In this document: in pieces, positions 37,388-46,120 of the stretch
Layout of the letters: the number at the start of each line of letters is the position of its first letter
How positions within the stretch are numbered: the stretch's first letter is position 1
DNA from: Methylobacteriaceae bacterium
GTDB lineage: Bacteria > Pseudomonadota > Alphaproteobacteria > Rhizobiales > Beijerinckiaceae
Reading direction: 5' to 3'
DNA: 50,417 nt
Assembly (NCBI GenBank): GCA_034669525.1
Contig: JAXDNH010000116.1
Span: 1-50,417, forward strand
Notes under the pieces: model-generated
Database searches by the model: none
Seen by the model: only the letters and a program-made list of their open reading frames with translations
What the model was told of the DNA's origin: nothing
Position numbers and translations under genes: made by a program

Positions 37388-38029
37388 TCAGCGCGACACG
37401 TAGGCGGGTGCATCCGTCGGCGCGCCGATCGACACCCAGATGTTCTCATTTGTCTGTGACTGGCGTTTGACAAAGCGGTAACCGGTTTGCGTCCATGGCC
37501 GCACGTCGTCGCGCATATTGTCGAGAACGAAGTCGCCCTTGCTGGTCTTCACCGTGAGCACCGCGTGCCCGTCATTATTCAGGTCCTTGACGACTGTCAT
37601 GAGCAGCGCCTGACGCGGCATGCCTTCCTCGATCAGGAGCTTGCGCTTCAAAAGCGCGTAATCCTCACAATCGCCCTTGCCGTCGGTCGGATAGTCCCAT
37701 TGGTCGATGACACCCCAATGTTCCTGATCCGACATGGGCGTGATGTTGGAATTGACCCACTGGTTGACCCGCTCGATTTCCTTCATCGTCTTCGGCGTCA
37801 GATTGACGTCGGCGGGCGTGAGCTCCGCGCCATCGCATTCACCGCGATAGCGCTGGCAGAAATCGACCCAGCCATAGGGAACGCTGGTCGGCCCGCCGAC
37901 CGGAGCGAAGGTCGACTGCATGGCACCGGCCGCGCTGGACACGTGTCCGGCGATTAGTCCGCCTGTCAGAAGACCGGTTGCGATCAGCGCTTTGGCAAGA
38001 AACCTGAACATGAGCATCCCCGAACCCAT
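37388..38029 (-). CDS. Periplasmic transglutaminase-like cysteine protease (BTLCP/LapG family)
   Basis: A signal peptide (MFRFLAKALIATGLLTGGLIAG) is present. The BTLCP core is GDCEDYALLKRKLL (Cys), DGHAVLTV (His) and FVLDN (Asp). The start may be the ATG at 38011. Confidence 0.8.
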   Translation of the reverse strand: MGSGMLMFRFLAKALIATGLLTGGLIAGHVSSAAGAMQSTFAPVGGPTSVPYGWVDFCQRYRGECDGAELTPADVNLTPKTMKEIERVNQWVNSNITPMSDQEHWGVIDQWDYPTDGKGDCEDYALLKRKLLIEEGMPRQALLMTVVKDLNNDGHAVLTVKTSKGDFVLDNMRDDVRPWTQTGYRFVKRQSQTNENIWVSIGAPTDAPAYVSR

Positions 38030-38085
38030 GAGCCGAGGATGCCAAGGTCATTTTGAAGTCGATCAAAGTATTATGATCGTATTTT

Positions 38086-38110
38086 ATCGGCTTCCGTTTA
38101 GATTTGTTCC
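38086..38110 (-). promoter_or_regulatory. Candidate EcfG-type promoter, GGAAC-N16-CGAT
   Basis: On the minus strand, GGAAC (38110-38106) is followed by a 16-nt spacer and CGAT (38089-38086). The motif lies ~55-75 nt upstream of the BTLCP start codons. Confidence 0.3.
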
Positions 38111-38132
38111 GAGTAGAGGTAAGTATAATCAG

Positions 38133-38178
38133 GCCTCACCGGATTCGATAAAATTGCGCGCAATTGCCTTCGTGAGGC
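38133..38178. promoter_or_regulatory. Nested palindrome in an AT-rich intergenic region
   Basis: The outer arms are GCCTCAC (38133-38139) and GTGAGGC (38172-38178). They enclose the perfect 14-bp palindrome AATTGCGCGCAATT (38152-38165). Confidence 0.35.
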
Positions 38179-38317
38179 GGCAAATGGCCGAACGAATGCT
38201 TCGCAAACGCGGGCGATAGGTGAGGGAACTTCGCTCGCAGTCACGCGCCGGAGGCACGAAGGTTAACGCAGCGGGCCGAAACAGGTTAACGGCGCGCGCG
38301 GGACGCGGAGCCCGTGC

Positions 38318-40003
38318 CTATTTCGCCCTGCTTTCAAGAGGCTCCGCGCTGGCATCGGGCCTTCCCTGCATGCTCCTCTGCGGCATGGGGGCAATCTCGA
38401 AGCCTTCGTAGCCCTTCGCGGCGATCTCATCACATATCTGCCGGTAAGTGCCGACGCCGCCGATATAGGGCATGAACACGCGCGGCTTCCCGGGAACGTT
38501 GGCGCCCATGTACCAGGAGTTCGCCTGCGGATAGAGCGTCATGTGCCCGACCTCGTTGACATGCTCGACCCAGGCGTCTTCCGCCTCGACGGTCGCCTCG
38601 ATGCTCTCCCGGTCATTCTCCCGCAGATAGGTGAGGCAGTCCGCGATCCAGTCGACATGCTGCTCGATCGAGACGATCATGTTCGAAAGGACGGACGGAC
38701 TGCCGGGCCCGGTGACAAGAAACAGGTTCGGAAAGCCCGCGACCCCGATGCCAAGATAGGTGCGCGGACCGGCTTCCCATTTCTGCCGCAGGCTCTCGCC
38801 GGCGCGCCCGCGGATATCGATGTTCACTAGCGCGCCTGTCATGGCATCGAAGCCCGTGGCGAAGACGATGCTGTCCACCGCGTAATGAGCATCGCGGGTC
38901 TGCACGCCGTGCGGGGTGAGCGCCCCGATCGGATTTTTTCGGATGTCGATCAAAGTGAGGTTGTCGCGATTGAAGGTGTCGTAATAGTTAGTGTCGACAC
39001 AGAGCCGCTTGGTGCCGAGGGGATAATCCCTTGGCACGAGCGCTTCCGCGACCTCCGGATTGCGCACGACGGAACGTATCTTGGCGCGGAAGAACTCCGC
39101 CGCGGTATCGTTGGCTGCTTTGTCGGTGAGGAGATCCGCGAACGTCGCGCCAAAACCCAAGCCACCGCGGTTCCAGCGCTTCTCGTATTCGCGCTGCCGC
39201 TCCTCTTCTGAAACGGCGAGCGCGGATTCTTCGCGGCTCTCGACGAGGAACCCGATGCGCGATCGCCGCGCTGCGAGGCGAAATTCGGCGTAATTCGCCT
39301 TCACGCGCCGCTCGTATTCCGGATTGAGCGGGGCGTTGTGCGCCGGCACGGCGAAATTCGGCGTGCGCTGGAAGACAAAGAGGTGCGCCGCCTGCGCCGC
39401 GATGATCGGAATGGATTGTATCGCGGAGGACCCCGTGCCAATGACTGCGACGCGCTGGCCGGTGAAATCCACACCTTCATGCGGCCAGTGACCGGTGTGA
39501 TAGTGCTTGCCTTCAAACGTCTCGAACCCGGGAAATTGTGGAATTTGCGCGGAAGATAAACATCCCGTCGCCATGATGCAGAATTGCGCGGTTGCGTGCC
39601 CGCCGCGTTCTGTCGAAAGCGTCCATCGGCTCGCCGCCTCGTCGAACACAGCCTCTGTTACGCGCGTGTCGAGCTCGATGTCCCGCCGCAGATCGAATCT
39701 GTCGACGACGTGGTTTATATAGGCGAGGATTTCCGGCTGGCTGGCGTAGCGTTCGCTCCAGCGCCATTCCTGCTGAAGCTCGTCCGAGAAAGAGTAGGAA
39801 TAGTCCATGCTCTCGACGTCGCAGCGCGCGCCGGGATATCGGTTCCAGTACCAGGTTCCGCCAACGCCGTTCCCCGCCTCGTAAACGCGCGCCGACAGCC
39901 CGAGTCCGCGCAGACGATACAGCGCGTAGACGCCCGCCAGGCCAGCGCCGATGATGAGCGCATCGAACCTACGATTAGTGTCTGCTGCTGACGACAACCT
40001 CAT
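38318..40003 (-). CDS. Type I Baeyer-Villiger flavin monooxygenase (cyclohexanone monooxygenase-like)
   Basis: The product has FAD-binding GAGLAGV, GGTWYWNRYPGARCD, the BVMO fingerprint FEGKHYHTGHWP, and NADPH-binding GTGSSA. Confidence 0.85.
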   Translation of the reverse strand: MRLSSAADTNRRFDALIIGAGLAGVYALYRLRGLGLSARVYEAGNGVGGTWYWNRYPGARCDVESMDYSYSFSDELQQEWRWSERYASQPEILAYINHVVDRFDLRRDIELDTRVTEAVFDEAASRWTLSTERGGHATAQFCIMATGCLSSAQIPQFPGFETFEGKHYHTGHWPHEGVDFTGQRVAVIGTGSSAIQSIPIIAAQAAHLFVFQRTPNFAVPAHNAPLNPEYERRVKANYAEFRLAARRSRIGFLVESREESALAVSEEERQREYEKRWNRGGLGFGATFADLLTDKAANDTAAEFFRAKIRSVVRNPEVAEALVPRDYPLGTKRLCVDTNYYDTFNRDNLTLIDIRKNPIGALTPHGVQTRDAHYAVDSIVFATGFDAMTGALVNIDIRGRAGESLRQKWEAGPRTYLGIGVAGFPNLFLVTGPGSPSVLSNMIVSIEQHVDWIADCLTYLRENDRESIEATVEAEDAWVEHVNEVGHMTLYPQANSWYMGANVPGKPRVFMPYIGGVGTYRQICDEIAAKGYEGFEIAPMPQRSMQGRPDASAEPLESRAK

Positions 40004-40146
40004 TGGCTCCGCGTGCGGCCCCTCACCGTGCGGAAGTTAGCACGCTTTGAGAGAGCACAGAGGATAGAAGTTCGTCATCAAAGATAAAGAGAGCGCAAGC
40101 CTCGCGAGGAGGCTTGCGCTCGTTGCCGGTCAGGCCAAAGCGCCTT

Positions 40147-43100
40147 TTAGGTGACGATGCGGATGTCCGCAGCACCCAGCGTCACGCCGGGCTGGACTTC
40201 TGTCAGCGCGACGGCCGATCCCGTCGAGCCATCGGGACTGAAGTACAAAGTGTTGTTCGCCGTATCGAAGTGGAAGAGACTGGCGCTCGACTGGAACTGG
40301 TCGTCTCCCGACGTTTCGAACACGGGCGTCACGTCCATTCCCGGTGTCAACCCGCTTCCAAACCCGGCCGCAGAAATCGCGATCAGGTCGTGCTGCGTCG
40401 TGTTGTTGAAGTCGGTGATGGTATCGGTGCCGTCTGTGGTCTGGAGGAAGGCGAAAATATCGTCGCCGCTCCCGCCCGTGAGACTATGTGCCCCACCCTG
40501 GCCGATGAGGACGTCGTTGCCGCCGCCCCCGTTCAGCGACTCCGTGCCTTGCTGAGCGACAATAATGTCAGCGCCGGATGTGCCGGTGAGCGTCGTCGTG
40601 CTTGCCGCGTGGTTGTCGACCATCGCAGTTGCGGATGCAATAGATGTGGACCCATGCCCGTCCGTAAGCGTGTATGTGAACGAGCCACCAAGCGTTCCGC
40701 TGTCTGTGAAAAAGGCGTTGCCGGCAAAGGAGTCGGCTGTGCCGCCCGAACCTGCGCCCGCCGCCTGAAGGCTGAGGTTATCCGCATGATCGGGATCGCT
40801 GCCGTACTGCGCCAGCGCCCAACCCGGAATGGCGAACGTGTTGTTGATATCGGCGTCGGTCACGATCGTCGCCGGCGCAGCGGTCGGTGCGTCGTTCGAA
40901 CCCACGATCGTGACGGTGACGTCCTGCTCGGTCGTGCCGCCGTGATTGTCGGACACGGTCACTTGGTACACCTGCGTCAGGCTCTCACCCTGCGACAGGA
41001 ACTGGATGTCGGAATTGTTGACGGTGAAATGCCAGTCGACCGATCCCGTGCCGCTGCTTTCGCTCACCGGGTCGAGCGAGAACGTCCCTAAAGAGCCGGG
41101 TTGGGCATTGAAGCTCGCGGTGTGCGTGTCGCCGGTTTCGACATCGGCGAATTGGATCGTGCCGTCGGCTGATTCAGTCGGCGGCCCCGTGTCAGGTGTG
41201 ATCGAGACGCCATCCAGCAGGAATCCCGCGCCGTCGGTCCCATAGCTGAACTGGAGCGTAGAATCGAAGTCCGCCGGATCGCCGACCACATCGAACGTGT
41301 AACGCGTGAAGCCACCCGACGTTAGATCGTTTACTGCGAGCAGCGTTTGCCCATCCCATGTCACAGAGAAAAAGTTGCTACTCGCCTCCGCATCCGCCAG
41401 TACGGAGAAGCTGACCGTATAGTGCTGGCCCGGCGAGGTTGAGACGGTTTGAGACAAGCTTTCCGTCGTCCCCGTCGGGGCGAGCTGGGCGGAGTAATGC
41501 CCGAACTCGCCGCCGAGCTCGAACTGTTGCACGGAAATATGCGTGCCGCTCGTCGACCAGCCCGTGAGGTCGCCGGCCTCGAAGCCGCCGTTGACAAGCA
41601 CGGTCGGTCCGGCGTCCTCCGTCATCGTGCCCGATGCGGCTGCGGCAGTGATTATCGGGTTGTCGCCCGCCCCGGTTATGTTGAACGTCAGTGTGGTCGT
41701 GGCGCTCTGGCCGCGGGAATCCATTACCGTGAAATTGAAGACATCCGCTGCCGTATCTCCGGACTGCATCGCATCGAGTGCAGCATTCGCGGTGTAAACG
41801 TAGTTGCCCCCATCATCGATCAATACGCTACCATGCGCCCCTGCAATGCTCTGACCGACATTGGCCGCATCGCCGTTTACCGCCGTGATCGTGATCCCAT
41901 TGAGATCACCCATCCGGCCGTCGAGAACGTTACCAGCTGAGACAACGGTCTCCGCGTCCGGAAATGGAGTGTCGGCGACCGCGGCCTGAACGGAGGACAC
42001 GACCAGCGGGTCGTCCGCCCCGTTCATCACGATGGTGATAGTCTGCGTCGAAGTTGTCGTTCCGTCGCTTACGGTCACGTCATATGTAGCCGTGAGCGTC
42101 TCGCCCGAACTCAAAAAGTCGAGATCGCTGTCGGGAAGGCTGAAGGTCCAATAAATGCTGCCGGATCCTGACCCCATGGAATCGTGGAGCATTGTCGCGA
42201 GCGCGGACGACAGGTCCGCCTGCGTCTGGTTGGGGATGGCGCCGCCACTCGACCAGTCGGCTGTATCAAGCGATACCTGGATGGTATGGCTGTTCGATAG
42301 ATCTACATCGCTAAAGGCGAGCGTGCCGGTGGTAGTGTCTGGCGTCGACGACCCCGTTGCGCTTGGCTGCTCCGCGACCGCTCCGGATCCCGGCCCGCTG
42401 GTGATCATAACGGCATCGTTCGTGCCTGTGACCGTTACAGTGACGGTCTGCGTTGTCGTCTCCGACGCATCGGAAACTCCGACGTTGTAGGTGAGTGTCA
42501 GCGTCTCGGCGTCGGCGAGGAAATCGAGCTGGTTGTCGGCGATGCCGAAGGTCCAATCGACGGTGCCCGTCCCCGTGCCTGCGGAATCGTTGAGCGTGGT
42601 CGCGAGCGCGGTCTGCGCCGCGGCGAGCGTGCCTGACGGAACCGTCGAACCTCCGGACCAAACGGCGGATGTCAGAGTCGTCGAGACGGAATGCGTATCT
42701 CCGGTATCTTCGTCGGTAAAGTCGAGCGTTCCCGTCGGCATCGGGGTCGTGGTGTCTAAAGTTGCCGATCCCGTTGTATCCGCGAGTTCAGTGAGTGAGG
42801 CGGATTCCGGCCCGCTGCTGATCACGGGAGCGCTATTCGTGCCAAGGATCGTGACCGTGACGGTCTGCGTCGCGGTGGCGCCCGAAGGGTCCGTGACGTT
42901 CACATCATAGACGACAGTCAGGGTTTCGCCGTTGCCGAGAAAGCTGATCTCGCTGCTCGGGATCGCGAAGTTCCAGTCAACGTCGCCGACGGCATGGCCG
43001 GTCGAATCCTCCAGCGTCGTGCCGAGCGCTGCAACGAGCTGTGCGTTGGTGATCGGAAGAGGCGCGCCGCTCGAACGCGTCGCGCTGACGACGCTGGTCG

Positions 43101-44049
43101 ACACCGTGTGGGTATCGGAGAGATCTATGTCGGCGAAGAAAAGCTCGCCGTCAGCGCTGAGCGTGGTCGCCTGTCCTTCCGTGAAGTGCGCGGATTGCGG
43201 CCCGCTGAGATAGGTTGGCGCATCGTTCGTGCCGGTGACGGTCACGGCGACGTCCTGCGTCGTGACGCCGCCCGCATGATCATCCAGCTGCACGGTGTAG
43301 TCGATCGTGACCGTCTCTCCGGCGGCGAGATAGTCAAAAGCGAGATCGGGCGCGGAGAACGTCGTGTTGATTGTCCCCGCGCTCGAAGCCGTCGGCTCGA
43401 CGACATTGTCGACGTGGTAGAAAGCCATGAGCTCGGCCGTGCGGAGCCCGCCCGGCAGCAATCCACTCGTATTGCCGACCGCCGTGGCGCTTATCACCGT
43501 CGCGGTATGGTGATTGTCGAGATCGGGATCGCTGAAGTGGAGTGCCACCTGCGCCGTGTCAGGCGAGAACGAGAGAGTGTGGCCGGCCTGCTCGGTGATT
43601 GAGACGGGCACGGCAACTGAGAAGACCGGCGCGTCCTCGCTGCCTGTCACTGTGACGGTGACAGTCTGCCTCGCCGCGGCGCCGTGATTGTCGGTGACTG
43701 TCACATCGTAGGTGAGGACGAGGCGTTCGCTGCTAGCAAGAAAATCGAAATCGCGGTCCGGCGCTGCAAACGACCATTGGATTTGGCCGGAGCCATTGCT
43801 GTCGCTGACTATGCTCGATGAGAGCGCGTGAGCGAGATCGGTTAGGGAGCTCGTTGGGACGGTCCCACCACTCGACCACGCTGCAGAAAACAGACTTGCC
43901 GAAGTGGTGTGCGTATCGGTGCGGTCGTTGTCCCTGAAATTCAGAAGGCCAGAAAATGTGTGGAGAGCGGAAGTACCGGTTGTGTTGGCATTTTCGCCGA
44001 AAGAAGCGGTCGCGGCCGGACCGGTAAATGTCGGATTGTGATTGGTCAT
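40147..44049 (-). CDS. Large modular RTX-type surface or secreted protein (probable type I secretion substrate, adhesin-like)
   Basis: Six ~125-135-aa modules have the pattern F.D.D..DTHT...W.F....D.DFL..GE.LT..Y.V.V.D..G....Q.V.VT..G.ND.P. One VCBS-like unit is also present. A central jelly-roll-like insert (VNGGFEAGDLTGWS...) lies at ~41194-41604. RTX nonapeptides (LNGGGGNDVLIGQGGAHSLTGGSGDDIF) lie at ~40444-40587. AGGGGA lies 6 nt upstream of the ATG at 44049. Confidence 0.8.
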   Translation of the reverse strand: MTNHNPTFTGPAATASFGENANTTGTSALHTFSGLLNFRDNDRTDTHTTSASLFSAAWSSGGTVPTSSLTDLAHALSSSIVSDSNGSGQIQWSFAAPDRDFDFLASSERLVLTYDVTVTDNHGAAARQTVTVTVTGSEDAPVFSVAVPVSITEQAGHTLSFSPDTAQVALHFSDPDLDNHHTATVISATAVGNTSGLLPGGLRTAELMAFYHVDNVVEPTASSAGTINTTFSAPDLAFDYLAAGETVTIDYTVQLDDHAGGVTTQDVAVTVTGTNDAPTYLSGPQSAHFTEGQATTLSADGELFFADIDLSDTHTVSTSVVSATRSSGAPLPITNAQLVAALGTTLEDSTGHAVGDVDWNFAIPSSEISFLGNGETLTVVYDVNVTDPSGATATQTVTVTILGTNSAPVISSGPESASLTELADTTGSATLDTTTPMPTGTLDFTDEDTGDTHSVSTTLTSAVWSGGSTVPSGTLAAAQTALATTLNDSAGTGTGTVDWTFGIADNQLDFLADAETLTLTYNVGVSDASETTTQTVTVTVTGTNDAVMITSGPGSGAVAEQPSATGSSTPDTTTGTLAFSDVDLSNSHTIQVSLDTADWSSGGAIPNQTQADLSSALATMLHDSMGSGSGSIYWTFSLPDSDLDFLSSGETLTATYDVTVSDGTTTSTQTITIVMNGADDPLVVSSVQAAVADTPFPDAETVVSAGNVLDGRMGDLNGITITAVNGDAANVGQSIAGAHGSVLIDDGGNYVYTANAALDAMQSGDTAADVFNFTVMDSRGQSATTTLTFNITGAGDNPIITAAAASGTMTEDAGPTVLVNGGFEAGDLTGWSTSGTHISVQQFELGGEFGHYSAQLAPTGTTESLSQTVSTSPGQHYTVSFSVLADAEASSNFFSVTWDGQTLLAVNDLTSGGFTRYTFDVVGDPADFDSTLQFSYGTDGAGFLLDGVSITPDTGPPTESADGTIQFADVETGDTHTASFNAQPGSLGTFSLDPVSESSGTGSVDWHFTVNNSDIQFLSQGESLTQVYQVTVSDNHGGTTEQDVTVTIVGSNDAPTAAPATIVTDADINNTFAIPGWALAQYGSDPDHADNLSLQAAGAGSGGTADSFAGNAFFTDSGTLGGSFTYTLTDGHGSTSIASATAMVDNHAASTTTLTGTSGADIIVAQQGTESLNGGGGNDVLIGQGGAHSLTGGSGDDIFAFLQTTDGTDTITDFNNTTQHDLIAISAAGFGSGLTPGMDVTPVFETSGDDQFQSSASLFHFDTANNTLYFSPDGSTGSAVALTEVQPGVTLGAADIRIVT
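42010..44040 (-). repeat. Tandem array of five divergent ~130-aa coding modules within the adhesin gene
   Basis: Protein-level periodicity: each unit ends in (T)VTVTGTNDAP-like sequence and contains a (D/E)xDxxDTHT motif. Confidence 0.7.
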
Positions 44050-44373
44050 CGACGTTCCCCTGCTTTGGTAGACGCGCATACGCCGTCGTTCACCGCCGCG
44101 GCGGTGTTCGCATCGAACAATTTTTCTTGCAGGCTTTCCCCCGCCTGATACCCCGTGAGACTAATGCTGCCTCTTTCTTAAACCGACTGCAAGATGGAAA
44201 ATTGACTCTCTCATCAAATCGGCGATGACGGCGTAGGTCCGCACCGATCAGACGCTTCCTAAGTGCGCGGAGAAAATCAGCTTTTCCCCACGCTATGCCA
44301 AAAACGAATGCCTGGATTCTCATCGGGGGCGGCACATAATATCCCGCTTCATGCCTCGCGCAGGATGGGCGTC

Positions 44374-45819
44374 ATGAAATGTCAATTGGCCGGTACGGCG
44401 CTGTTTCTGGCCGCAACCCTCAATTGCGGCGAGCCGGCAATTGCTCAGGCGCCGAAGATCGGCGATCCGTCGGAAGCACACAACATGCGCCTCGTCGGCA
44501 CGAGCGATCTGCAGGCGCGCAGCGCCTATCAACCGACGATCCACAAACAAGGCGAGCGCTGGATCGCTTACATCGGACATCACGGGGGCACGGATGCGAC
44601 TCCGAGCCCCGTCAATCCGATGACCGGCGAGGCGGAGCCGAACGGTACGTCCATCCTCGATGTCACCGACCCTGCCCATCCGGTTTATCTCAAACACATT
44701 CCAGGTCAGGAGGGCACGTATGAATCGGGCGGCGCGCAGATGGTCCGCGTCTGCGATGGCGCGAGCCCGCCCAAAGGCGACAAGTCAGCCGTCTACATGC
44801 TACGCACTTTCGGGGGCGAGGCGCATGAAATCTGGAACGTTGCCGATCCCGCCAATCCCGTTCTGATCACGCGGCTCGGCGGGCTTAAAGACACCCACAA
44901 GAGCTGGTGGGAATGCGATACCGGAATTGCGTTCCTGGTCTCAGGGGCGCCGGGCTGGCGCACACGGCGGATGACGCAGGTCTATGATCTGAGCGACCCT
45001 GCGCATCCCGTAAAAATCCGCGATTTCGGGCTGCCAGGCCAGGAGCCCGGCGCAACCGGCAGCGTGCCGACGGAACTGCATGGTCCGATCTCGACCGGGC
45101 CTGCAGGCAACCGCGTCTATTTCGGCTATGGCACGAACAAGGGCGGCATCCTGCAGATCGTCGATCGTGAGAAGCTGATCAATGGACCGAAGGAACCGAT
45201 TCCGGTGAATTTGCAGTATCCTGAAATCTCGCGCCTTAACATGTCCTCGCTCAATGGCGCGCATACGACATTCCCGATGCCGGGCATGCCCATCGCCGAG
45301 TTTGCCAAGGACAAAGTCGGCAGCAGTCGCGACATCGTCATGATCGTCGACGAAGCCATCCTGAACGAATGCGGCGAAGCGCGTCAGATGGTGTGGTTTG
45401 CCGATGTGACGATCGAAAGCCGGCCAATGGTCATTTCGAACTATACGGTGCCGGAAGCAAGTGGCGCGTTTTGCGAGCGCGGCGGGCGCTTCGGCGCGCA
45501 CTCTTCGAACGAAAGCATGGCTCCGGTATATTACGAGAAGGTGGCCTTCATCTCTTTCTTCAATGCCGGTATACGTGCGTTGGATGTGCGCGATCCCTAT
45601 CATCCCCGAGAGATCGGGTATTTCATTCCGCCGATCACACAGGCGACGGACCAGCGCTGCGTCAGGACTGAAGGCAAGGATCGCTGCAAGACGGCGATCC
45701 AGACCAACAATGTCGAAACTGATGAGCGCGGCTACATCTATGCCGTCGATCGCGCCAATACCGGCCTGCACATTCTCGAACTGACCGGCGATGCGCGGAG
45801 TGCCGCGGGCCTGCAATGA
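44374..45819 (+). CDS. Secreted LVIVD-repeat beta-propeller-like protein
   Basis: A signal peptide (MKCQLAGTALFLAATLNCGEPAIAQA) is present. LVIVD-like motifs recur: SILDVTDPAHPVYL, VYDLSDPAHPVKI, ALDVRDPYHPREI and LHILEL. Confidence 0.6.
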   Translation: MKCQLAGTALFLAATLNCGEPAIAQAPKIGDPSEAHNMRLVGTSDLQARSAYQPTIHKQGERWIAYIGHHGGTDATPSPVNPMTGEAEPNGTSILDVTDPAHPVYLKHIPGQEGTYESGGAQMVRVCDGASPPKGDKSAVYMLRTFGGEAHEIWNVADPANPVLITRLGGLKDTHKSWWECDTGIAFLVSGAPGWRTRRMTQVYDLSDPAHPVKIRDFGLPGQEPGATGSVPTELHGPISTGPAGNRVYFGYGTNKGGILQIVDREKLINGPKEPIPVNLQYPEISRLNMSSLNGAHTTFPMPGMPIAEFAKDKVGSSRDIVMIVDEAILNECGEARQMVWFADVTIESRPMVISNYTVPEASGAFCERGGRFGAHSSNESMAPVYYEKVAFISFFNAGIRALDVRDPYHPREIGYFIPPITQATDQRCVRTEGKDRCKTAIQTNNVETDERGYIYAVDRANTGLHILELTGDARSAAGLQ

Positions 45820-45849
45820 TTGCAATCACGCCAGGCGGCGGGCATGGCT

Positions 45850-46011
45850 TCACATGCCGACGAAATAGTCGGGAGAGAGCAGCGCGGCGAGGACAGACAG
45901 CAACATGCCGATCGTTGCGACAAGGAAAATGACCGTGATCGAGGCATCTGCCTCGCCGGCTACCACCGTGCTCGCAGGAGCGGCAATCCGAACGGGCAAG
46001 GTCGTTGGCAT
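45850..46011 (-). CDS. Small membrane protein (53 aa)
   Basis: GGAGAA lies 6 nt upstream of the ATG at 46011. The product has one C-terminal TM helix (ITVIFLVATIGMLLSVLAALL). Confidence 0.35.
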   Translation of the reverse strand: MPTTLPVRIAAPASTVVAGEADASITVIFLVATIGMLLSVLAALLSPDYFVGM

Positions 46012-46120
46012 CGAGGTTCTCCGTCGAGTGACGGAGTTTTCCAAGCAAGTGCCGTGACAATTCCGTTACGCCGCGGCGGACCGGAGTCAAAAGACACAGC
46101 CTGTCGCGGGGCGAGGGAGA

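Noticed and set aside
40114-43602. Several plus-strand ORFs of 80-325 aa (40114-41091, 41449-41940, 42994-43602 and others).
   Set aside because: All are antisense to the adhesin gene, whose periodic module structure and RTX motifs establish the minus-strand frame.
42010-44040. A periodic repeat structure that could be mistaken for a repeat array or CRISPR-like locus.
   Set aside because: The period is ~390 nt and the units are divergent at the nucleotide level. They are in-frame protein modules. There are no short direct repeats with spacers anywhere in the window.
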